Source: Candidatus Woesearchaeota archaeon
GTDB taxonomy: Archaea; Nanobdellota; Nanobdellia; Woesearchaeales; JACPBO01
Length of the DNA stretch: 39,263 nucleotides
Assembly: GCA_016180285.1 (NCBI GenBank)
Contig: JACPBO010000004.1
Span: forward strand, 1 to 39,263
Reading direction: 5' to 3'
Under the pieces are notes generated by a model. That model did not search any database and had not been told where the DNA came from. It saw only the letters and a program-made list of their open reading frames with translations. The translations under genes and the position numbers were made by a program. Positions 19,734 to 29,536 of the stretch are shown piece by piece. Within the stretch, counting starts at the first letter, position 1. Each line of letters opens with the position of its first letter.

Positions 19734-19857
19734 TGTCAAAAACCACGCTGTAGCACCGTGCATAAGGTGGTTTTTGAGCATGCTCAAAAATTTTTCACAA
19801 ATAAAAAAGGGATTGGCTTTCAGCCACCAATCCAAGATTGATGGAAAATTTTTGACA
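19734..19857. repeat. Bipartite palindromic (REP/MITE-like) element
   Basis: Terminal IR TGTCAAAAA/TTTTTGACA; central perfect palindrome TTTTTGAGCATGCTCAAAAA (19771-19790); two internal hairpins. Confidence 0.55.
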
Positions 19858-19880
19858 TTTTTATTTGCAAAACTAAGTTC

Positions 19881-21014
19881 TCAAAATATCCCTCCTAAGA
19901 TTCTTTCCAATACAATCGAAACTCCCAAAAATATCAAAAGAGAGGTTACCATAAATACAGGAACATATTTTATGCCCGACTTCACATCGCCTTTGTTTAT
20001 AATTGCCACAATCACCGCTGAAAAAAATGATGTTACAAGCAGCGAACAGATGGCAAATATCCTGAAATCTGACGGTGTAATGGCAACATTTGAGAAAGAT
20101 ATTGGAAAGCCTATGGCTGCGGAATTTGACCCGGCTCCTGCTATGCCTGTCATTTTGTTTATTATTGTCAGCAGCTGGCCTGACAATGCGAACAAAAAAG
20201 GCGCTGCAAGTATAGTTGCAAATGTTATGAAAATCATATAGGTAGTTACATTTGCTGACATTTCCTTCTTTATTGTCTGCGACTCCTTTATATTGAGCGC
20301 AATCTTATTCAGCAGGTCAGCTATCTCGCCCCCGGAATTGATGCCCTCGATTATCAGCGTAACAGACCTTTTCAGCGTATCAGAATCATACCTGTCCGAG
20401 AATCTTTGCAATGCATCTTCCAGATCTTCTCCACTCATGGTTTCCTTTGCAACATCTTCAATCTCTTTTGCCAAAACTCCGAAGCGGGGCCTTATTGCGC
20501 TCCACAGCGCCCTGTCAATAGGCATTCCTGCCCTTACATTGGAGGCAGTCAGCTGCAGAAAGTCAGGAAGCACCTGCTCTATTGTTACCTTTCTTTTGAA
20601 AATTTTCAAGTCAAGAAAAACATAAAAAATAAGCCACAGCAGCAGCAGCAGCGCTATAAAGACAAAGATCCACAGAAAGAACATTGTAAAAATGACATAT
20701 GCCAGCGTATAGCCGAAATTTGCAGAGAAAAAATACATCAGGTAGAAAGATATTGCAAGGTTGATAATAACGCAGAAGTCAAATATCCATTTTGAAATAT
20801 TATGCTCTTCCAATGCCAGCCCGGCCCTTTCAAGATAAGCTCTCAGCTTGAGCCTTTTGCGCTCCTTTTTCTTTTCTTCCCTCGACTTTCTCAAATGCGC
20901 TATAAGGATCTTTTTCCTACGCTCAACCAAGCTTTCATCGTGCACTTTTGTTTTGAAAATTTGTTTCAGAAAGCTTAATTTTCCTTTGTTGCCGTTATTG
21001 TTCGTGTTGTTCAT
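19881..21014 (-). CDS. Type II secretion F / TadC-like pilus platform protein
   Basis: LPDFLQLTASNVRAGMPIDRAL, FGVLAKEI and SGGEIADLL motifs; multiple TMs. Confidence 0.9.
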   Translation of the reverse strand: MNNTNNNGNKGKLSFLKQIFKTKVHDESLVERRKKILIAHLRKSREEKKKERKRLKLRAYLERAGLALEEHNISKWIFDFCVIINLAISFYLMYFFSANFGYTLAYVIFTMFFLWIFVFIALLLLLWLIFYVFLDLKIFKRKVTIEQVLPDFLQLTASNVRAGMPIDRALWSAIRPRFGVLAKEIEDVAKETMSGEDLEDALQRFSDRYDSDTLKRSVTLIIEGINSGGEIADLLNKIALNIKESQTIKKEMSANVTTYMIFITFATILAAPFLFALSGQLLTIINKMTGIAGAGSNSAAIGFPISFSNVAITPSDFRIFAICSLLVTSFFSAVIVAIINKGDVKSGIKYVPVFMVTSLLIFLGVSIVLERILGGIF

Positions 21015-21015
21015 C

Positions 21016-21795
21016 TTAAAACTCGATAGCCGGCCTCAGCGATTTTATTATTGAAATGAACATGAACTGCACGAATGCGAGCAGCAGAACTCCTGCAAGC
21101 AGAACTGCAAGCGTTATTTTAATTGACATGAAAGTTGCAAGCACAATGAGTATTGTCACACCCAGCGAAGGGACTATTACCGTGACTATCATGTAAAACA
21201 TAGCTAAGGGGTTTAATGTCCTGCCGTATTTTTTCATCTCTATATTCTGCTCTCTTGTAATCTGCTCAATCACATCCCTCAGTGACTTGGCAATATCAGA
21301 TCCGGTCTTCAGGGAATTTACTATCTGCCACAGCATTCTTCTGAAATCGTCAGATGGTGTGTACTCGATAGATTCATTCAGCGCATCCTCCAATGTTGTT
21401 CCAATCTCAACTTTGTCAGTTATTTCCTTGAAATAAATTCCAATATCCTTGTAGCTGTTCGCAACATTCTTTATTGCATCGTACAGGCTGATGCCTGACT
21501 CAAGCTCTATTATCAGAAATCTGCCTGCAAAAATAATTTCCTTGCTTATCTGCTTTCTCCTCTTGAATATTTTTACCTCAGGCAGCTTTGACAGGTAAAG
21601 GAAGACCAGCAGGAAAATAAAGGGCGCAATAAATATAAGCAAAGCGAGCTTAAAGCTGGTTTTCGAAAGCAAGGCAGTAATAAAAAACATCAGCCCGGTT
21701 GTCAGATAAAAGCTGCTGACTAATGTGTTCTTTACAAACTCCTCAGGCTCTTCCACCATTCCTGCCTGCTTTAGCTTGTCCCTTAAGCCAGGCAT
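21016..21795 (-). CDS. Type II secretion F / TadB-like pilus platform protein (true start possibly ATA at 21831)
   Basis: ELESGISLYDAI, GTTLEDAL...TPS..FRR.LWQI.NSLKTGSD and PSLG motifs. Confidence 0.88.
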   Translation of the reverse strand: MPGLRDKLKQAGMVEEPEEFVKNTLVSSFYLTTGLMFFITALLSKTSFKLALLIFIAPFIFLLVFLYLSKLPEVKIFKRRKQISKEIIFAGRFLIIELESGISLYDAIKNVANSYKDIGIYFKEITDKVEIGTTLEDALNESIEYTPSDDFRRMLWQIVNSLKTGSDIAKSLRDVIEQITREQNIEMKKYGRTLNPLAMFYMIVTVIVPSLGVTILIVLATFMSIKITLAVLLAGVLLLAFVQFMFISIIKSLRPAIEF

Positions 21796-21827
21796 CAGGG
21801 AGGCAAGCCTTTTGATCAGGATATTGT

Positions 21828-23309
21828 CTATTTTAAACCACCCAATAATTTATTTTTATTCACAAATGCCATTAAATTATCCTTGTCAGTATAATATTCG
21901 GCCATAACCCTGCCAACGCTTTCAACAGTGTTGATCTTATTGCCAACCAGGTATTTCAGCACCTTTTCCTTGATTTTTAAATCATCTTCTATCTCTTTTT
22001 TTGAAAGCCCAGTGTACAGCTGCAATGTGTTAAAAAGCGCAACAGGCTTGTTGACATTCTGAAGTATATCCTTGTAAGTGTCAAACTGGACAAGTATATT
22101 TGGCCTTGCATCAGGCAGTATCTCTGCAATCTGGAATGTCCTCCTTATCCCTGTTCTCCTGTTTCTGTACTGTACAACTATCATTGAAATTGCAGGCAGC
22201 ATTGTCTTTGGCACTTCAATCGGCGGGCTTGTCAGCCTTGTTATTGTTTCCTGCACATTGTTTGCATGGACAGTCGCGTAAACGCTGTGCCCGGTATGTA
22301 TCGCTTCAAATAAAACTTCTGCTTCCCTTTTTCTCCTTATTTCTCCGACAATTATCCTGTCCGGCCTCATCCTTAATGAATTGACCAGCAAGTCAAGCAT
22401 TGATATCTCCCCTTTGCCTTCTATATTTGGCAGCCTTGTGACCATGGGTATCCAGTGCAAAAAGCTCGGCAGCTGCAATTCTCTTGTGTCTTCTATGCTT
22501 ATTATTCTCTGATTGGGAGGAAAAAATACAGACATGACATTCAATGCTGATGTTTTTCCGGTAGCTGTTCCGCCGGTTATTAAAGTAGAGAGCTCGTACT
22601 GCACAGCAAGCCATATGAGCGAAGCAGCTAAAGCCGAGATTGTATTGGTTTCGATAAAATCTGTTATAGTCCATGGCTTTGATGCGAATTTTCTGAAAGT
22701 TATCGTGTTCCCCTTTGCCGATATCGGAGACAATGTTGCATTGACCCTGTCCCCGGTTTCCAGGTTGGCATCCATTAATGGCGCAAGGACAGTAATCTGC
22801 TTTCCGACCTTTCTTCCAATCATTGTTGCGTAATGGGTGATCTGCTCTTCACTGGCAACCTTTATGTTTGTTTTCAGCCACCCGTATTTTCTGTGGTAAA
22901 CCCAGACAGCTTCATCAGCATTATTGATGGCAACCTCTTCCAGATTTGCATCACCCATAAGGATTTCCAAATTGCCGAGCCCAAGGCTTCTCTGAATAAG
23001 GTATGTCGTAAGAAATGCTGTTGTCTTTTCGTCAACATCAGGAAAGTACCTCTTTACAAGGACTGCAATCATGTCCCTGAATTTCTCCTCTATAATGCCT
23101 GCCTTTTTTATATCTGCAATTTCAACTATGCCCAGGCTGACTTCCTTTATAAGCTCCTGCCTTATCTTCTCGAGTATTATTTCAGTGTTCTTGCTTATTG
23201 CTGCAATTGAAATCTCGTATATCGGAACATACTCTCCTGCCTTTGCGTATATCTTTACAGAAATAGGCATGTCGCTTGAGAGAAACTTATATTCGTCTTT
23301 TATTGCCAT
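21828..23309 (-). CDS. Pilus assembly ATPase (TadA/CpaF/VirB11 family)
   Basis: Walker A GGTATGKT, SIEDTREL, LRMRPDRIIVGEIR, HTGH...TVHA. Confidence 0.95.
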   Translation of the reverse strand: MAIKDEYKFLSSDMPISVKIYAKAGEYVPIYEISIAAISKNTEIILEKIRQELIKEVSLGIVEIADIKKAGIIEEKFRDMIAVLVKRYFPDVDEKTTAFLTTYLIQRSLGLGNLEILMGDANLEEVAINNADEAVWVYHRKYGWLKTNIKVASEEQITHYATMIGRKVGKQITVLAPLMDANLETGDRVNATLSPISAKGNTITFRKFASKPWTITDFIETNTISALAASLIWLAVQYELSTLITGGTATGKTSALNVMSVFFPPNQRIISIEDTRELQLPSFLHWIPMVTRLPNIEGKGEISMLDLLVNSLRMRPDRIIVGEIRRKREAEVLFEAIHTGHSVYATVHANNVQETITRLTSPPIEVPKTMLPAISMIVVQYRNRRTGIRRTFQIAEILPDARPNILVQFDTYKDILQNVNKPVALFNTLQLYTGLSKKEIEDDLKIKEKVLKYLVGNKINTVESVGRVMAEYYTDKDNLMAFVNKNKLLGGLK

Positions 23310-23338
23310 TGGCCACCTCTTTTTTATCTTACAATGAA

Positions 23339-24502
23339 TTATCTCAACAAACTGGTTATCTTCTCAATATCGCTTTCATATTCGGATTTCTTTTTATTTA
23401 TCTCGCTGAATTTTTTGTCAAGTTCCTTGGCATAGCCTTTGACATCTCCGCTCTTGCTTGAAGCTGCAAAAGCCTGCGCCCTTTTTATAAGCTGGTTCAG
23501 TTCAATCTGCAAATCGTGCTTCTGGTGCTCAAGGTCGCTCATCATTTTGTAAACATTTAATTTTTTGTTGAAAAATTCCTCAAATTTTTTTGAAATTTCT
23601 TTGCCTTTTTTAACATCAAAGCCAATAGCATATTTTTTTTCCTTTAGTTTTTCAAGTATGCCGGAGCGCGATTTAATAATGTCCTTTTCTCTGGCTTTGC
23701 TTTCTTCAGCAAGCGCGCGGGCTTTCTTTTGCTCCTCTTCGATTTCTTCTTCCACCTGTTTAGCCAAGTTCTTTAAATTATCAATATGATTCCTTTCATT
23801 GTAAATCAGCTGACTATCTTCTTTTGCCCTATCCTCAATTTTGCTTATCATTATTTTAAAATTTTCCAGCTTTTTAGCTATCAGCTTTTCTTTTCCCTGA
23901 AGCTTATTTATATCGCACTCTTCGTTTTTTATGTTCTTCCTTACATTCTTCTCTTCTACTACGATTTCTTTCACAATATCCCTGTATTTTTCCTGCTCTT
24001 TTTTCATCGTATTCTGAGACTCAATGATTTTATCAGCATAATCGTGCTTTTGCTTTATCAGATCAGCATCAAGATTCTTCTTTAACTCTTCAAGCTTTTC
24101 AAGCTCTTCAACTTCGCCTCTGACATGCTCAACTTCAGAGCCTATTTCATTTTTTATTTTTTTAAACTGATCTTCCGCGGTTTTAAAGGAAGTGGACTCC
24201 TTATCAAGGCTCTTCAAAACAATCTCTGCTTTTCTTACAAAAACGTCTTTTCTTCTTTCAAATTCCTTTTCCTTTTCCTTGATTTCCCTGTTGTTTAATT
24301 TCTTTTCCTGCAAATATGCTGTTGCAAACTTGTATTCTATGCTTATTATGCCTTCCTCTTCAAGAAAATCAGCCCATTCTTCAACAACATCTTCCGACAC
24401 GCCGAGTTTTTCAGCGGCATCTGGCACAGAGATCCTGCCAGCCTTCTTTATAAGCTCGACTAATTTATCTACTCCTGTCTCTATCATCCTCGTTTCTTCC
24501 AT
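23339..24502 (-). CDS. N-terminal HTH-like + long coiled-coil protein
   Basis: IETGVDKLVELI...AAEKLGVS..VVEEWADFLEEEG followed by heptad repeats. Confidence 0.8.
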   Translation of the reverse strand: MEETRMIETGVDKLVELIKKAGRISVPDAAEKLGVSEDVVEEWADFLEEEGIISIEYKFATAYLQEKKLNNREIKEKEKEFERRKDVFVRKAEIVLKSLDKESTSFKTAEDQFKKIKNEIGSEVEHVRGEVEELEKLEELKKNLDADLIKQKHDYADKIIESQNTMKKEQEKYRDIVKEIVVEEKNVRKNIKNEECDINKLQGKEKLIAKKLENFKIMISKIEDRAKEDSQLIYNERNHIDNLKNLAKQVEEEIEEEQKKARALAEESKAREKDIIKSRSGILEKLKEKKYAIGFDVKKGKEISKKFEEFFNKKLNVYKMMSDLEHQKHDLQIELNQLIKRAQAFAASSKSGDVKGYAKELDKKFSEINKKKSEYESDIEKITSLLR

Positions 24503-24659
24503 GTGATTTATCTGTAATGTTCATGTTTAAAAAGCTTTCTATGATGGTCTATATCTGAGCATAGCAGCTAATTCTCAGAAATCCGATCAATATGGCCTTA
24601 TTAAGATGATTGAAATAAAGAAATATAAATTGATTAAAGCAGCGTTAACTAAGCTGTTG

Positions 24660-25139
24660 TTAGTCTTTATTTCTTATTTTTTTGGCCAATTTTTCAAGAG
24701 CTTTATCATCTGCTCTCGCATAATCATGTGAAGAAATGTATCCCTCGTACTTCTTGAAATATTTATTAACATCTGATTTTATAGGTCTCCATTCTTTCAT
24801 ATTTGCAGTCCCATGCATCGGAAATAATTTTGCATGAACATGGTCTATCCCAAAGCCTTCAAAAATCATCGCAGTCCTTCCAACATCTTCAAGTTTTTTG
24901 TCAAGCAATTTAGCTGCTTTCTTAGTGGCCATGATAAGTTCTTTCAGTACGTAGTCGGGTAAATCAAACGGATAGCTCGAATAATGTTGCTTTGTAATAA
25001 TCACCGAACACCCTTCTGTGTTTGGAAAGATGGATAAAAATGCAAGATGTTTTTTATCTTCCCATATTTTATGGCAAGGTGATTCCCCTTTAACAATTTT
25101 ACAAAATATGCAGTTTTCTTCAATTTTTTTCTGCCCCAT
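24660..25139 (-). CDS. HIT-family hydrolase
   Basis: CIFCKI, AFLSIFP and GIDHVHAKLFPMHG. Confidence 0.9.
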   Translation of the reverse strand: MGQKKIEENCIFCKIVKGESPCHKIWEDKKHLAFLSIFPNTEGCSVIITKQHYSSYPFDLPDYVLKELIMATKKAAKLLDKKLEDVGRTAMIFEGFGIDHVHAKLFPMHGTANMKEWRPIKSDVNKYFKKYEGYISSHDYARADDKALEKLAKKIRNKD

Positions 25140-25172
25140 ACACTTCCAATATTTATTTCATCTTTATAAATC

Positions 25173-25490
25173 TTACTTTATCCCATTCAAAAATTCTTCT
25201 CTGCTTACTTCTATCTCATTTAAAATCTTTTTCAACAGGCCTCTTCCTATATCCCTTCCTGAATGAACTGGAACTACAGTTGCTCTTCCGTCAGGATGCT
25301 TAAAATAATTATGGCTGCCATGCTGCCTCACTTCTTCAAAACCTATTTTCTTCAGAATTCTTATTATAGCAAAAGACACAATATTTTAAGCATTATAAAC
25401 GTGTCTTTTGCTTATTAATAGCGGACAACAATTCTCAATTTTCTTTGTCCGCTATTATAGCTCCTGAGCAGACAACAAAGGAAGCTTCAT
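25173..25490 (-). pseudogene. hicA: HicA toxin interrupted by a 93-nt palindromic insertion (possible restart at GTG 25379)
   Basis: ATG 25490 overlaps the hicB stop (ATGA) and gives MKLPLLSAQEL, then TAA TAG. The same frame resumes as IRILKKIGFEEVRQHGSH...VVPVH...IGRGLLKKIL. Confidence 0.8.
25365..25457. mobile_element. Double-hairpin insertion in hicA
   Basis: IRs 25368-25379/25401-25412 (12 bp) and 25416-25428/25445-25457 (13 bp); TATTATAGC repeated at 25362 and 25453. Confidence 0.6.
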
Positions 25491-25708
25491 ACTTCAACCT
25501 GCACCTGCTGTATGCCTACAAATTCTCCTCCAGGAATCTCCTTCTCTACCTGCAGGCATAATTCAATCGCTTCTCTTATATTTTTCAGCAATTCATCTAG
25601 AGTTTTGCCTTGTGTATGGCATCCGCGAAGAGCAGGCACGCTGCCTACATAATATCCATCCTCGTCTTTTTCTATTACTACAGTAAAATTATGTATTTGT
25701 TTTCTCAT
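25487..25708 (-). CDS. hicB: HicB-family antitoxin (short form)
   Basis: FTVVIEKDEDGYYVGSVPALRGCHTQGKTLDELLKNIREAIELCL; start ATG 25708 downstream of a TATA box. Confidence 0.92.
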   Translation of the reverse strand: MRKQIHNFTVVIEKDEDGYYVGSVPALRGCHTQGKTLDELLKNIREAIELCLQVEKEIPGGEFVGIQQVQVEV

Positions 25709-25853
25709 GATGTATAGTAAGTTAAACTCATATTTAAACCTTTCCATATATTCACTTCAAAATGGTGAAAAAACTGAAAGATTTAATATCAGACAGTATT
25801 TGCAATAGATAAGTTAGTATGCTCTTTCATTTTGTTTTTGAAGGGGGGTAAAG

Positions 25854-27359
25854 TCAAACAAACTCCCTCATCACATGCTCTTTTATGATCTCATAGGCAA
25901 ACATAAAATACCCTACAACATAAAATATCATAAGCAGCATCATGAAAATAAGCATGAAGGCTGAAATGAAGAAATAGCGGCCTGCAATCAGGCTCATTAT
26001 TGTGTTAACATAATAGACAAAAACGCTTTCAAAAAAGAACCATATATAAAATCCGAAAAACACGAAGCCAATCAACACGCATACAACAAAAAACTTTTTC
26101 CTCGCTTCTTTGTCAATGGCCAATAAATAAACGGCTATTCCTGCAATAATGGAAACAACTGCAACGATAATTGCAGAGAGCGGATGCGCAATAAAATTGT
26201 TTATTAAAAATCTGCCCTCTGCAATTCCCCTTGTGATTATATCGGCTCCTGTAAGCCCTTCTTTCACCATTATGCTTTGGGGAATGCTTCTTATGCTGAA
26301 TAAGGGCATTAAAAAGAAAGCTGCAAGAGATGAGCAGATTACGCCAAGCGCAGCCCTGTTCACATGAAGCTCCTTTTTATTGAACATCTTATACCACACA
26401 AAGGCAGGCATCAAAAGGAAGAAGACAATTGCAATTATATTGAGCAGATAAATTATAAATGCAGAAATGTTATTAAGCAGAACAGCCCCCATATCATTCA
26501 TCATGAGGCCGAATATAGGGCTATGCCCTGCTCCGAGCCTCGCAAGAAACACATCATCCTTTATTCCAAAAATATAGGGAATGACAAAATTCCCAAAATC
26601 TGTAAGAAGGTGGAGCGCAAGCAGCCCTCCAACCCCTAAAAAAACACCTCTTTTGTAATGAAACAGGCTGACAAATCCCTTGTACAGCTTGTCTCCGAAA
26701 TCGCCTGCCTTGTAAATCAGGTGCTCTGCTGAAAACTTCTCATAATGCCTCATCACAATGAACAGGTAAGCCACAAGCCCAATAACAATAATCGGCGAAT
26801 CAAGCAGGAATATGAGCCAGCCTTCAAGCAAGTTGAAAACAGCGACAAAAAACCCGCTCAATACAATCAACACAACAAAAAATCTTGCCAAAAGCCCATA
26901 AGCTCCGCTTATTTTTCCTTCCTCAGATATCACATCCATGAAGCTTGGCTTTTTGATTTCAATTTTAAACGCAGCGTATATTGAAATTATCAGCAGCAGA
27001 ATTCCTCCTGAATAAATTCCGAGGTTATCAAGAAATGCCGCATTCGATTCCATTGCGCTCAGCGCTTCCTTGAAAAAATACATTTGTTCTGCAGCAGCGC
27101 CTGCATATGTGGTGAAATCCTTTATCACAAGCAAAAAATAGGCCGCTATTATCGCAAGGTCAATAGCATTTTTTCTGCTTCCAAATATGATTTTTGTAAA
27201 GCTTACTTTGTATAAAATATACCCCAACGCAGCCCATGATGTCAGCTTCTGCACAACATCCAAATCGCCTTTCAGCAGCCTGAATGCATCAAGTATGTTG
27301 AGCGCAATAATCATTACAAGGATTATTTCTTCAACTCTATGGCTTATTTTTTCATTCAT
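25854..27359 (-). CDS. Polytopic membrane protein of unknown function
   Basis: 501 aa with more than 10 hydrophobic segments. Confidence 0.8.
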   Translation of the reverse strand: MNEKISHRVEEIILVMIIALNILDAFRLLKGDLDVVQKLTSWAALGYILYKVSFTKIIFGSRKNAIDLAIIAAYFLLVIKDFTTYAGAAAEQMYFFKEALSAMESNAAFLDNLGIYSGGILLLIISIYAAFKIEIKKPSFMDVISEEGKISGAYGLLARFFVVLIVLSGFFVAVFNLLEGWLIFLLDSPIIVIGLVAYLFIVMRHYEKFSAEHLIYKAGDFGDKLYKGFVSLFHYKRGVFLGVGGLLALHLLTDFGNFVIPYIFGIKDDVFLARLGAGHSPIFGLMMNDMGAVLLNNISAFIIYLLNIIAIVFFLLMPAFVWYKMFNKKELHVNRAALGVICSSLAAFFLMPLFSIRSIPQSIMVKEGLTGADIITRGIAEGRFLINNFIAHPLSAIIVAVVSIIAGIAVYLLAIDKEARKKFFVVCVLIGFVFFGFYIWFFFESVFVYYVNTIMSLIAGRYFFISAFMLIFMMLLMIFYVVGYFMFAYEIIKEHVMREFV

Positions 27360-27367
27360 AGTAGAAG

Positions 27368-28105
27368 CTAGCTCTTTACAATGATGCCTGATTTTGTTAT
27401 GAGCATTGGAATCTCGCCCTGCCTGTGCGCTGTTCTTCTCATCTTTAAAATCTCAATAGAGCGGTGGCATTTCTTTGAATCCTCAAGAACGTCTAAAATG
27501 ACCACAGAGTCGCATACAAACTCCTCTACATTGAACCTGCTTATTCTCTTCAGCTCCCTATTTTCAGGATCGCGAACCTCTCCGACTATCTCTGATGTTA
27601 TTATTGCTGTGCACTCGAGTTTTTTCAGCTGCGTGGAAAGCGAATACAGGGCCTTTCTTATTTCATATTCATTTCCGAATGCCATTCCGAATGCGGATGT
27701 GCTGTCTATTACAACCCTTTTCGCATTAATCCTCTGCACTTCGCTTATCAGCCTCGTCTGAAAATCCTCAAGCTCATAAGGATAATAATAAAGAAAAGCG
27801 CATTGCCCATTTTCTTCGCATTTGGTAAAATCCCAGCCAAAGTTTTCAGCATCGCCTTTCAAATCTTCAAGGTCTTCTTCAAAAGAAATAAACAGGCCTT
27901 TATCTCCCTTTTTTATTCCTTCATGTATAAACTGCATCCCGAAAATTGTTTTTCCGGTTCCGGCACCGCCTGTAACTAGGTTGACGCTTCTCGCCAGCAA
28001 GCCGCCTTCGCAGAGCCTGTCAAATCCAGGAATCCCTGATGCAAGCCTTCTGTTGTTTTGCAATAATTTTCCGGCTGTTTTCAGTTTTTCTCTTTTTTTA
28101 GCCAT
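27368..28105 (-). CDS. KaiC/RAD55-family ATPase (single domain)
   Basis: SGIPGFD, GGAGTGKT, SFEE, RVVIDS and KMRRT. Confidence 0.92.
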   Translation of the reverse strand: MAKKREKLKTAGKLLQNNRRLASGIPGFDRLCEGGLLARSVNLVTGGAGTGKTIFGMQFIHEGIKKGDKGLFISFEEDLEDLKGDAENFGWDFTKCEENGQCAFLYYYPYELEDFQTRLISEVQRINAKRVVIDSTSAFGMAFGNEYEIRKALYSLSTQLKKLECTAIITSEIVGEVRDPENRELKRISRFNVEEFVCDSVVILDVLEDSKKCHRSIEILKMRRTAHRQGEIPMLITKSGIIVKS

Positions 28106-28114
28106 CTAACCCCT

Positions 28115-28483
28115 TCATCTTTCAGATGCAATGTCTAAAAATGACTTCAATGCGACAATAAATCCGCCTGACGCTATGAACACAGTTAAATTCTGCAGCA
28201 TCTTGCTTAACGCGTCATTAAAAACAGGCACTTTCTCAAGCACAGAGTTAAAGCTTGAAAATATGGCTATCATTGTTATTGTTGCAACAAGGTAGAGCAT
28301 CTTCTCTTTGTCTGTTATATTCAGCAGGCCAACAACTAGGCCGAGAATTGCTATAATTATCACTTCAATTGCAGCATATTCCGCAGGAAGATTGAATGCT
28401 CCCATTACAATTGCGATTACAGCTCCCACAAGAAAAGAAGCAATGCCCATCTTCTCCAAAAAAGTTCCCTTTGACTTTGACAT
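28115..28483 (-). CDS. Small 4-TM membrane protein
   Basis: GLVVGLLNITDKE motif; GAGGTGA RBS. Confidence 0.8.
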   Translation of the reverse strand: MSKSKGTFLEKMGIASFLVGAVIAIVMGAFNLPAEYAAIEVIIIAILGLVVGLLNITDKEKMLYLVATITMIAIFSSFNSVLEKVPVFNDALSKMLQNLTVFIASGGFIVALKSFLDIASER

Positions 28484-28609
28484 TTTTCACCTCTTTGAAC
28501 AATATGATTTTATAGTGTTATCTTAACTACAGTTATATTTAAAACTTGCTGTTTGTATTATAAACCAATAGCCAAGAATATTTGGTTTTTGCTTATATTA
28601 TAAACAATT

Positions 28610-29536
28610 TTATCCCGCGCAGCCTGCGCTGTATGCGCTCAAATGAGCTGTATCGAGCTTGAACCATGAATAGCTGCCCGCAGTCTCATTCACAGTGCAG
28701 TAAGCCAGTGTTGAGTTGCTGAAATACAGGTAATCAACCCCGCTTCTTGCATAGATCGGAATTTCCTGGGCGCTGAACTCATCCAAATTAACAAGGCTCT
28801 CTATTCCGTTTGCATCTGAATTGAATTTTCCCTCTAAGCGCATTAAAAAATTAGGGGCTGTTATTGATGGAATGTAGCGTGAATTAAGCAGATGGCCTAT
28901 CAGCTCAGCATCGCTGAAATATGTTATATTTGACCTTGAAATTATGTTTGTAACCCTTCCATAGCTGTATATATTGTAAAGCGGATCCTCAAATCCCTCA
29001 ATGCCTATTTTCGTTGTGACATATTTTGTATTGTTCCACTTGGCCGTGTTCCTTTCATCAGCTATATTTAATGTTATGTTAAGGTCAATGCTGACAAACC
29101 ACGGCTCCAGCTGGTAAATTTTAATTTTATTTACTGTAAAATCCATGATTATGCCTGTTTTTCCGGCTTCTGCCTTTATCTTATTCATCCAGTCGACAAA
29201 TGTAGAGCCTTCCATTATGTTTATTTCGGTGCCGTTGTAGCTGCCATTAGTCATAAGCTCGCTAAATGCTAGGCTGGCATTTGTTACAAATGTGCCGCGC
29301 GTTACAATAAACTGCTCCAGCCCGAGTATTGACCTGAACCCCGAAATATAAAGCCCGCGCCCCATATCCTTGCCAGCATCGTCTATGAAATTGTCCATTG
29401 TGCTTATCCTTGTTTCCACTACAGCCATCTTGTCTCTCAGATTATATCCGGTAATTATCGAAAAAGAAACTAAAATGAGGCCTACAAGCAAAATACCGAT
29501 TACTGTAAAAAATATGGCCTTCTTCTTCAACGCCAT
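28610..29536 (-). CDS. Pilin-like protein with class III signal peptide
   Basis: MALKKKA/IFFT plus hydrophobic stretch; GFEDPLY. ATG 29536 follows GAGGTGAG. Confidence 0.8.
   Translation of the reverse strand: MALKKKAIFFTVIGILLVGLILVSFSIITGYNLRDKMAVVETRISTMDNFIDDAGKDMGRGLYISGFRSILGLEQFIVTRGTFVTNASLAFSELMTNGSYNGTEINIMEGSTFVDWMNKIKAEAGKTGIIMDFTVNKIKIYQLEPWFVSIDLNITLNIADERNTAKWNNTKYVTTKIGIEGFEDPLYNIYSYGRVTNIISRSNITYFSDAELIGHLLNSRYIPSITAPNFLMRLEGKFNSDANGIESLVNLDEFSAQEIPIYARSGVDYLYFSNSTLAYCTVNETAGSYSWFKLDTAHLSAYSAGCAG

Noticed and set aside
25365..25457. BHB mRNA intron in hicA
   Set aside because: The best BHB-like fold has a mismatched central helix, an offset outer stem, and would splice to an in-frame UAG.
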